DNA from: Basidiobolus meristosporus CBS 931.73
Lineage: Eukaryota; Fungi; Basidiobolomycota
Assembly: GCA_002104905.1 (NCBI GenBank)
Contig: MCFE01000522.1
Coordinates: 1-62,954 of the forward strand
Reading direction: 5' to 3'
DNA: 62,954 bases
Under the pieces are notes generated by a model. It was not told the DNA's origin. It did not search any database and worked only from the letters and a program-made list of their open reading frames with translations. Position numbers and translations under genes: made by a program. Below are positions 47,985 through 58,303 of this stretch, one piece after another (position 1 is the first letter of the stretch; each line of letters begins with the position of its first letter).

Positions 47985-49048
47985 TGTTGTAAAAATTCAT
48001 AATACCACCTAAATATTTACCTAACTTGTTTACTTAGATCATTACCTTCAAAACCTGGGGAATACTGACCAAATTCCTTGTTGGGATTTACTTAGAATAT
48101 TTTCACCAAAATTTCAGGTACCCAGAACATAAAAATTCTCAAAGTTGTCCAAATGGCCCCAAACTTTGCACACATGTACTTGAGACCTTCCTAGACCTAT
48201 TCTATGGACTTGTTCTGTTGGATAGTGCTAAATGATGCCATAGTGTGCCAGGGAGGCCAAGTGAGCCTATACTTGGCCACAGAGTGTGAAATATAGCTCT
48301 GCATCTTCATGCAAAGCAGCCCCTGTGTTTCACCCATTGTGTTGGAGAAAATCCATTTTTTGGCCTTTTTTTAGGTTAATACTGTACAGGATGTGTAAGA
48401 GCACAGAAGTACTGTGGACATGTATCAGGTACTCAATGCCCATGGCACTCTGAATCTAGCTCCTGTGGCTTGTAACATGTCACAAAAATGTATGGCACTA
48501 ACTTGGTCCACTGGTACTATCTGGCACTATATCTAATTATTAGCCTTAAAGTAAGATCAGTAGAAAGCACTTATAGTGTCAGATACTACCAGTGGACCAA
48601 GATAGTGCCATGCATTTTTGTGACATGCTACAAGCCACAGAAGCTGGATTCAGAGTGCCATGGGTATAGAGTAGCAGATGCATATCTTCAATCCTTTTGT
48701 GCTCTTACACATCCTGCACAACATTGATTCACAAAAAAACATCAAAAAATGGATTTTCTCCTACATCATAGGTGAAACATAGGGCTACTTTGCATGAAGT
48801 TGCAGAGCAATGTTTCACACTCTGTGGCCAAGTATAGGTTTACTTGGCATCTCTGGCACACTATGGCATCATTTGGCACTCATGGCTCAAAGTGGCACTA
48901 TCCAACGTAACAAGTCTTATGTGTTTCTTATGCCAAGACCATATAAAGGTACAAATATTACTTTGACATTCAATAAATCATCAAGTGAAAATCACATACT
49001 CTACTTGTCCTCCTGATCACTTCCAGTATCTCCAAAACTCTTACAACA
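47985..49048 (+). repeat. Copia-A solo LTR interrupted by MITE copy 2
   Basis: TSD gatag at 47980-47984 and 49049-49053; TGTTG...CAACA termini. Confidence 0.9.
48206..48917. mobile_element. Fold-back MITE (712 bp) of the PHIS family, copy 2
   Basis: Termini ggacttgtt...aacaagtct; TSD tat (48203-48205, 48918-48920); homologous to 19253-19986 along its length and more diverged. Confidence 0.9.
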
Positions 49049-49149
49049 GATAGGACTATGCTACCAGATACACTGACCACTTAGAAATTTTATTAGAAAA
49101 ATCAGCATTTGGAAGAATTTGAGCTCCAGTGGATAAAACCACTTAATAG

Positions 49150-50587
49150 TCTTGCTGTTAATCAGCTTCCAATTTTGTCATCATATACTCTATACCCTTT
49201 AGAATCTTTACAATACTCTGTAAAGATCCCTTCTCTGCTCTTTGGCTCCAACTTTGAGCAGTTTTGGTCAGGGATGTAAAAAAATCATCACTGGCAAAGA
49301 CCTTGATATACTGGAGGTCTGGTTTTTGGCCTGTGTACAATTTGAAGAGTCTTAATTCACAATAGCCAGTGTTTTGGTGGTATAATGCTTCCTGAGCTCC
49401 TGAAATGTTGCCCACCTTGTTTGCCATATAAGCAACTCTTACAAACACTCAATTTGATTGAGATTAAGTAAGTCAGGACCAAAACAAGTTGATTATTTGC
49501 CAGCATGTTGACTTTCTGTTCCCCAATGTGTCCTAGCCTCCTATGCCTCATCTCCTAGTTAGATTTATCAGCTTCAGCAATGTTGAAATACCCAGGTACA
49601 GTGATCTTACATTGTAACTTAGTTATATTGTGATCTTGGATTTACAAAGCTAATTTTTGTCTCAAAGTAGTTGCTTTACCAACTAAGATTAGGTTCTTGG
49701 TTATTCCAGGTACATAGAGTACTTCAGTCAGTTTTGCAGTTGTTGCCCCTATGATAACACTCATATATAGCTGTATAGACCCATTGGCAGTAGCTTCCTG
49801 TGCAGTGTTGTCTCCCAGGTAAATTATTCTTACAGGGATAGTCTTTAAGTTGCTGAATCACTTCTCAATCTGAAATATATCACTATATTCCTAAGCTTTC
49901 TTGCCTCAATATGGATCTGCATTTTGATTCTCCCAATTCTGTAGTTCATAACATCAACCCTCTCATTTACAGGGAAGATATCAATGTTGCTCTGTTTGCT
50001 TGTAGAAGATATCTTTAGAATCTATAAAGGCCAATGGGGCTCATAACCTGTTGCAATTTATGACGTGATTTGGATATAATAAACTTATCAAGAAATAGTG
50101 GTAATAGTTGAACTGATGTTTATTAATAAAGGAGCTCAGTATTTATACCTGTGCAGAAGTAATACAGCTGTATCACTGAGTAAGGAGGGTTTCTCAATAC
50201 TCAGGAGCATTCTGTAACAGTTTCAGGGTTGGTACATAGTGTTTAGTAATAGTGCTAATTTGATCCTGACTATGAGGGAACAATCATAAGATCATAGATC
50301 TGAAGAAAGTGGCTAAGTAAGAGCTGTAAATTAGTCCCACAGCAAACAAGACTAGTCCAGAATTGTTAAGTAAATTCTTAGCTACAGAATGATACCAAAT
50401 AGTCCAATATTTCAGCACTCCCCCTCAACTAAATGATTTCTTATCCTAATTCCTCCCTGAGACTCTCAAATTGTGGCCTAGCTAGAGGTTTTGTCAATAT
50501 ATCCACCACCATTTTGTTAGTTGGGTAGTACACTAACTCTATTAAGCTATTTTCTACAGCTTCCCTCACAAAGTGATGCTATATATC
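49150..50587 (-). mobile_element. Decayed tandem Copia-B remnants around one shared LTR (50049-50417)
   Basis: PBS (gggctcataacc) at 50037-50048 on one side and PPT (ctccccctc) at 50418-50426 on the other; deleted gag/INT and RNaseH pieces. Confidence 0.8.
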
Positions 50588-51530
50588 AAGTTACTTCTGC
50601 TGAACCAGCTGACAATGACCCACATAAAGTGCCTCCACCACTGGAGCCTTTGACAAGTAAAAGAACTTGTAAGCATGTGGCACTTCAAGCTGGTTCTGCT
50701 ACATCATCTGGATCAGTTCAGCACATCCAAGCTCCAGCACTGCACTCCTCAACAAGGAGGCATAATACTGACTACAAGTACACATGTAGCCAAGGTCATA
50801 GTCAACAAGGAAGTAGTTCAGGTGTGCAAAGTGAATCACTACCAAGTGCTTCAGTAGTATTTCCTGTGAGAAAAAAATCTAGAAGAAGACAATGCAATTG
50901 CATTGAATTGTTACCATTTACCATGATCCTACATAATGCATTTTTTTGCAATCCAAAACAAGCCATTGCAAATCAATGATCACTAAATTTTAGTTATAAG
51001 TAATGTCAAGGTCATCTCACATTTGAGTTCAAGCCCCAATAATAATCATCCTGCATATGTATACATCATCTGTAACACCAGTGCAGCTATTTGATCTGAT
51101 TTGAACCTACACAATTAGTTGCATTCTTGCTATGACACCTTGTCCAATCACTAGGGTCAGGGATTTACCTCCTCAATGGACAAAATGGAATATTTGATGG
51201 CAAGTCAGGTAGCTTGTGTATTGGTCAATGAGCCAATTGGGGGCTAACAGCTTCATAATACTTTTATACCAATCAACCATTGATACACCATCTAATTGGA
51301 GTGATGGTAACCAACATGGTAAGTATAAGTGTAGTTTATAGTATGATAAGCATTTATTTCCATTAATATTGAAAAACATATCCAAATACCATATTTTACC
51401 TACCAAATAATGGTATCCAACTGCACACATGATGCAAGCATTACAAGCTGGTGCAATTGTCCATGCCAACCTCATTGTGTCAGACTATGCCATAGTGTGC
51501 AAGATTGCCCCACATGGTACAAAATTGTCC
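50587..51530 (-). mobile_element. PHIS copy 3 fragment (3' part of the accessory ORF and left subterminal region)
   Basis: ORF 50521-50979 matches the C-terminus of 14665-15003 and 29909-30496 (STRRHNTDYKYT...SESLP); no termini. Confidence 0.85.
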
Positions 51531-51591
51531 AATACCAAACTGGATAAATCAGGAAGCAACTGGACTTTGAATCTACAGTAAATGATGTAAT
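51531..51591 (+). repeat. 60-bp relic of the Copia-C internal domain
   Basis: aataccaaactggataaatcaggaagcaactggactttgaatctac matches about 2660-2740. Confidence 0.7.
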
Positions 51592-54500
51592 TGTTGTAAG
51601 AGTCTTGGAGATATTGGAGGAGATTGGGAGGACAAGTAGGTTATGTGGTTTTCACTTTATGATTTATTGAATGTAAAAGTAGTATTTATACTTTTACATG
51701 GTCTTAGCATAACAAACAGATAGAATAGATCACAGAAGGTCCCAAGAACATGTATGCAAAGTTTGGGGCTGTTTGGACAACTTTGAGAATTTTCATGTTC
51801 TGGGTACCTGGTATTTTAGTGAATATATTCTAAGTAAATCCTGACAAGGAATTTGGTCAGTATTCTCTAGGATTTGAAGGTAATGATATAAGTGACTAAG
51901 TTAGGTGAATATTTAGGTGGAAATACAAATTTTTACAACACTCCCACTCAGCTAAATGCTCACACTGACTAGTCCTAGTTTTGACCTAAGATATTCAAAC
52001 TTGTCTCTAGCTAATGGTTTGGTAAATATGTCTGCAATCATTTCATCTGTAGGACAGTAAGCTAAGCTAACTAAGTTATTCTCTATAGCTTCACGTATGA
52101 AATGATGTCTAATATCTATGTGCTTGGTTCTAGCATGAAAAGTTGGGTTTCTACCTAATTGTTTACATCCTTGATTGTCTTGAAATAAAGTAATAGGCGT
52201 TTTTTGACATAGGCCTAAATCTGTAAAAAGTTTTCTTAACCACATTGCTTCTTTTGTAGCTTCACAGGCTGCCATATACTCTGCTTCTGTGGTAGAAAGT
52301 GCTATAGTTGGTTGCTTTCTTGAATTCCATGAAATTGCTCCTTGACAGTAAAGAAAGGTGTATCCTGTGGTGGATCTTCTGTCTTCTAGATTTTGTCCAC
52401 AATCAGCATCAGAGTATCCCACAAGATCTTGTTCTGAATCCTTATAAGTGTATCTTAAGCAGATATCAGCAGTTCCTTTTAGGTATCTAAATATCCGCTT
52501 AACTGCTGCAATATGATCAGATCCATAGTTCTGATTATGTTGGCTGACAACTCCCACTGAATATGAGATATCTAGACATGTTCCAGGCATGATATACATC
52601 AGACTGCCCACCATAGATTGATAAGGAAAGTCAGGGCTTTCAGATGGCACCAAGCTCTCTTGATTTGGTTGAGTTTTGACCAAGTTAAGGTTTGTCTCCA
52701 TTGGGGTAGCTGCCGGTTTACAGTCTTCCATTTGGTACTTCTTTAGTATATCTTGAGTACACTTGGATTAACTTAGGGTGATAGTCTGGGTACTTCTGTC
52801 TATGGAGAACTTAATCCCTAAGTAGTAACTAAGTTCTCCTAGATTGGACATCTTGAACTCCTTAGATAGGCTGGATTTAGTCTCTTCCAATGTTTCTAGG
52901 TTATTGGTGGCTATAATAAGATCATCCACATATAGAGCTAATAGAACTAGATTTGCTCTATCTGGCTTATAGTATATACTATAGTCAGCATTACTTCTTT
53001 TGAAACTCAAAGATTCCAAATAAGAATCAATCTTGCAATTCCAGGCTCTTGGTGATTGTTTGAGACCATATAGTGACTTTTTAAGCTTGCAGACCAAATG
53101 GGGGTTATCCTGGTCAACAAGCCCATCAGGCTGGTCCATATACACATCCTCATCAGGTTCTCTATTCAAAAATACAGTTTTTACATCCATTTGATGAATA
53201 AAAAATTTATATTTGGCTGCAATAGCCAAAATTAATCTGATGGAATTAAACTTGGCTACTGGTGCAAAGGTCTCAGTATAGTCAAGTCCTTTTGTTTGAG
53301 AGTATCCTTTGGCTACAAGTCTTGCTTTGTATCTTTCAATTGAACCATCAGCCTTGTATTTTGTCTTGAAGACCCATCAGCATCCAATTGATTTTTGGTT
53401 GATTGGTAATTTGACTAAGTCCCAAGTTTGATTTTCCATCAGGGCCTGATATTCCTCAGTCATTGCAGATCTCCAAACCTTTGTCTGAGGGCTATTTAGG
53501 GCCTTTTTTACAGTCTGAGGTTCATCAACATGGACTGAATAGGCATAGGCTAAGTTTATACCCTCATTGATATAGCAATTTGGGCTATTTCTTGTCCAAT
53601 TGGATCTCTGGGCATTTGATACTGGAATGATTACTTCTGGGATATTCCTGGGCACTGATTCTGGCTGAACCATGGTTGTAGAGTCCTCTGGAGTGAAAAG
53701 ATTTTCATTGTTTTGCTCTGATTCAATCCTGACAATTGGTGGACTTGAGATCAAATTTTTGTCATCATCTGATGTCATTTTTTGTGAAAATTTTGAATTT
53801 TCATCAAACAACACATCCCTGGACTTGATCAGCTTCTTTGCTTTGGTATTGCAGAGTCTATATGCCTTACTTTCATTGCATTAGCCCAAAAATATGTATT
53901 TTACACTTTGTGGCTCAAATTTTGACTGATTTCCGGCCAGTTTCTTGACATATGCTCTGGACCCAAGTATTCTTAGATGTTTTGCACTTGGTCTGTATCT
54001 ATACCATGCTTCAAATGGAGTTGAATCACAAAGTATTCTGTTATAACTCCTATTTTTAAGGTATACAGCAGTGGCAACTGATTCCGCCCAAAAATCATAG
54101 GATAATTTTTGATCATGGATCATAGATCTTGCCTTATCAGTATTGATCTGTTAGCTTGTTCTACTACTCCATTTTGCTGTGGGGAGTATGGTACTGTAGT
54201 CTCTTGCTTTATCCCATGAATTTTGCAGAAGTGGATGAAGTGTTTTGAGGTATATTCTTCACCATTGTCAGAGCATATTTCTTGATTTTTTCACCAGTTT
54301 CTCTCTCCGCCATGGCTTTAAACTCCCTGAACTTAGACAGAGCTTCTTCCTTTCTCTCCATGAAGTAGACCCATGTGTATCTTGTATAATCATCAATAAA
54401 AGTGATTAAATACTTCATCCCACCTAAGGATAAATTTTGCATAGGTCCACACAGATCTGAGTGAATTAGATCCAATTTTTTCTTAGTTTTGATTAACCCA

Positions 54501-56272
54501 GAGCTCTTGAACAGTTGTCTGGCTGGTTTTCCATATATGCAGGCCTCACAGTGCTCCAAATTAGCTGGGGGATCAATTTTCACTCCAGAAATTAGCTGAT
54601 CTTTGATCATTTTACGCAGATAATCAAAATTGATGTGTCCAAATCTCCTATGCCAAAGCATTGGGGTTTCTTCATATAAGTTACTTATATTGGCTTCCAG
54701 ATATGATGGAATATAAGTCAACATGTATAGATTCTGATCTCTGATGCCTGAAGCAATATGAGCACCATTTTGATCAGTGATCTTGCATCCAGAATTGTCA
54801 AAACTGAAACTGAGTCCTTCTGCTGTGGCCTTGCTTACAGAGAGTAGGTTCTTGGCTATTTCTGGTACATAGAGTACTTCTTTAAAGGTCAGTGTATGGC
54901 TTCCTTCACAGCTTCTAAGGTTTACTTTGATAGTTCCTTCTCCCACTGCATCAAGTGTTCTATTGTCACCCATGAAGACCTTCTTAATTGGAATTTCTTG
55001 ATATTGGGTAAAAAGTTCTTTTTGGTGTGTAAAGTGTTGAGATGCTCCAGAGTCAATATACCACATCTGAGAATCCTTGTTTGTTGTCATATTTAGTGCA
55101 GATATGAATAGTCTATCTGCAGTTGTTGCAGCATTTCCATATTTAGGCTTCTTTTGCTGATTATCTTTCTTTTTGAGACACCAGTCTGATGTGTGTCCTT
55201 TCCTTTTGCAGTAGTTACAAAACAGGTTGCTGTTGCCTTTGTAGGGTCTTGGGTACCTTCTTTGTTGGTTATCATTGCTTATTAAAGCATTTTCTTCTTC
55301 CTTCTTATTGGCACTTGATTTTCTTAATTCTTCATCCAGGAGCCTTCCATATACATATTTAAGGTCAAATCTCAGTTCTGGACTCTAGGGCTGATACAAG
55401 GCCCTGAAACCTGTCTGTCAGGCTATTCATAATGGTAACTATCACATCCTCATCAGTAGTTGGTATGCCCACAGATTCCATCTCATCTACCAGCAGGGTA
55501 ATTCTGTTAGTTAGATTTTTCATTTCTTCTGCTGACAGCATCTTTGTAGTAAAGGATTTTTGTCTCAGATACACTTACTTAGCAGCTGAACATGACTGGT
55601 AGGTGTCTTCTAATGCCTTCCAGGCATTTTTTTGCTGTTTTTGTGCTTGAGCATTGAATTAGCAATTTGTCCTTAACATTAAGGCAAATGCAGTTAAAGG
55701 CACTTTGTTTGTTCTTCTGGTACTTTAAGGCTTCCTCTCCCACGTTTTTAGGAGGGCATTCTTCTCCCATGACAATATCCCAAAGGCCTTTTTCTTGTAG
55801 CAGCATCTTCATCTTCACCATCCACACTTGGTAGTTATATCCATCCAACTTTTCAGCAGAGGGAAGAATTCCAGTAATAGCCGTAGTAGACATTGCAGAG
55901 AGTGACAGTTTAGGGCTCATAACCTGTTGTAAGAGTTTGGAGATATTAGAAGTGATTTGGAGAACAAGTAGATTATATGGTTTTCACTTAATGATTTATT
56001 GAATGTAAAAGTAGTATTTATACTTTTACCTGGTCTTGGCATTACAGACAAGTAGAATAGGTTAAGGAAGGTCCCAAGAACATGTGTGCAAAGTTTGGGG
56101 CTGTTTGGACAACTTTGAGAATTTTCATGTTCTGGGTACCTGGTATTTTGGTGAAAATATTCTAAATAAATCCCAACAAGGAATTTGGTCAGTATTCTCT
56201 AGGATTTGAAGGTAATGATCTAAGTGACTAAGCTAGGTGAATATTTAGGTGGAAATACAAATTTTTACAACA
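51592..56272 (-). mobile_element. Full-length degenerate Copia-A (3' LTR 51592-51940; 5' LTR 55925-56272)
   Basis: PBS gggctcataacc at 55913-55924; PPT at 51941-51949; gag-pol broken into ORFs 55579-55920, 54209-55090, 53377-53814, 52768-53229, 51952-52731; flanks gtaat and gttca do not match. Confidence 0.92.
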
Positions 56273-56458
56273 GTTCAAGCAGCCCCAAACTTTGCACACA
56301 TGTTCTTGGGTCCATTCTAAGTCTACTCCACATGTTTTCATGCCATGACCATGTAAAAGCATAAATACTGCTTTTACATGCAATAAATCAATAAGTGAAA
56401 ATCACATAATCTACATGTTCTCCCAATCACTTCCAATATCTCCAAGACTCTTATAACA
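56273..56458 (+). repeat. Right part of an old Copia-A LTR
   Basis: Begins gttca-agcagccccaaactttgc, exactly where 1-148 stops in the LTR consensus; ends ctcttataaca. Confidence 0.8.
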
Positions 56459-56798
56459 GGCATGAGTCAACAACATACTTGCTAATACAGGTGGTGGTGT
56501 CATGACACTCACCTGCTGGTCTTCCACCAAAGCTACTGCATTTGCTAAATGCTCATTGGCCTGAGCATTATTGCCAGCTTCTAGCTCTGCTGAGATTCCC
56601 ATTTGCCTACCTGACTGAAAGCCTGAGGAGTCTACATTTTACCTTCAGTGGGCACACTTTCCACAGGGCTTTTATGGATGTAGCCCTGCTTGTTACAATG
56701 GATGGCAAAGCAAGCTGTTGTCCATCTATTCTTCTGCTGCTGTAAGTAATAGGGTTTGGTAAGGAAGCAGACAACTTTGCTTTATTTTTTGGTGGCAT
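56411..56798 (-). pseudogene. Possible decayed second ORF of the En/Spm-like element (MPPKNKAK...)
   Basis: Track ORFs 56607-56798 and 56411-56602 are adjacent on minus and divergent from the transposase remnant; no motif recognised. Confidence 0.3.
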
Positions 56799-57059
56799 AT
56801 ATATGGGAGTAAGTCAGTCCAAAGGAGAAATTTTGGTACATATGCATGTGTATGTGGTGTCAAAATTCTACAATGCTTACTATGGCAGGTCATCATCTAA
56901 TCTGGCATCCATGTAAGTGCAATGTCACAAATAAAAGACTGGCGTAAATTCATATGAATGTTGACAAAAAAGTGATATAATAGAGTTACATTGCTCAGTA
57001 TCAAACTAATACCCTATGAAGAAGGCTACATTAATTCAATGCCATAAGAGAAGAGAAAA

Positions 57060-57941
57060 AAGACCATGTGGCTATTATAGCAAGCCTCTCAGCCATGAAG
57101 CATGCAGACAGAATAGGAAGTATTACAAAGATCACAGGCAGTGTTTTGCCACACAAGCTGTATTTTATCACTCATCAATCACTACTCTATGAACAATATC
57201 TTGCTAGCCACTTGATACTTCTAAAACAGCACCTGGCTATACTTGTAACCTTGCACAAACTGAGTCAGGTGAGTTTGTGGCACCATTAGGCTCACCTCAG
57301 CATTCTGAATATGGCATGCAGAATGATAGCTTTGAAGAAGAAAGCTCACTGATGGATTGTGAGCCTATCTCCCCCAACAAAGTACCCTGTATGAGCCTGC
57401 CAAAATCCCAATCTGTAATTAAACAACAATCACAGAAAAAAGTGCCATGGATACTTTCTGGAGCCAAGTGAGCCTGGTAATCTGCCTACTGGTGAATGAT
57501 GTGATATTGTGGCTAGAGAAGTGGCATGTTTCCACAAATATCAGTGATGGGGCTTTGAGGATATATTACTACTTTTTGCAAAAATCACTCTGGGATGCAA
57601 CTTACCATGTACATGATACAAATGGACAGCTGTCATGTGACTGGCAACATATGACCCAGAGACCATTCTGCTGCCAGCATGTGTCAACAGTTGCATGACA
57701 TTCATATCAAAGAATGCCACCATTGCACAGTGTCCAACTTGTCAGGAATCCACCACCATAGGAGGAAAACACTGTTCACACTCTGGATATTTTCCATTAA
57801 TATCCCATTTAAAGAAGCTTATGCAGTCCAACAAGTATTGTGAAGCTATCAAGTACAGCAGTCAGTATCAATCAAGTGCAAATATTTCCAATATTTTTGA
57901 TGATAAATATTATCAACAACTAAGAAGCAAGGCCTACCTTG
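57060..57941 (+). pseudogene. En/Spm (CACTA/CMC)-like transposase N-terminal remnant
   Basis: ACVNSCMTFISKNATIAQCPTCQES...GYFPLISHLKKLM...AIKY...ISNIFDDKYYQQL resembles the C..C...F.....CP.C / Y.PL..RL..L / SDI.DG..Y region preceding the Transposase_21 domain; cut by Copia-A at 57942. Confidence 0.6.
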
Positions 57942-58192
57942 TGTTGTAAAAATTCGTATTTTCCACCTAAATATTCACCTAACTTAGTCACTTAGATCAT
58001 CACCTTCAAATCCTAGAGAATACTGACCAAATTCCTTGTCGGGATTTACTTAGAATATTTTCACCAAAATACCAGGTACCCAGAACATGAAAATTCTCAA
58101 AGTTGTCCAAACAGCCCCAAACTTTGCACACATGTTCTTGGGACCTTCCTTAACCTATTCTACGTGTTTGTAATGCCAAGACCATGTAAAAG

Positions 58193-58220
58193 TATAAATA
58201 CTACTTTTACATTCAATAAA
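58193..58220 (+). promoter_or_regulatory. LTR-A TATA box (tataaata 58193-58200) and poly(A) signal (aataaa 58215-58220)
   Basis: Both motifs are conserved at the same spacing in most LTR-A copies and in LTR-C. Confidence 0.65.
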
Positions 58221-58291
58221 TCATTAAGTGAAAACCACATAATCTACTTGTTCTCCCAATCACTTCCAATATCTCCAAGACTCTTACAACA

Positions 58292-58303
58292 GGTTATGAG
58301 CCC
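58292..58303 (+). promoter_or_regulatory. Primer-binding site for half-molecule initiator tRNA-Met (Ty5/copia type)
   Basis: GGTTATGAGCCC abuts the LTR with no spacer and no TGG; also at 903, 38980, 44410, 50037 and 55913. Confidence 0.85.

Noticed and set aside
51173-51475. 100-aa Cys-rich ORF as a third PHIS gene
   Set aside because: The homologous frame in copy 1 has an early stop (atg agg ttg cac gga tga).
58164-58295. Gag ORF apparently starting inside the LTR (MFVMPRP...)
   Set aside because: The ATG lies upstream of the TATA box, so it is unlikely to be on the genomic transcript; it is also GTG or altered in other copies.
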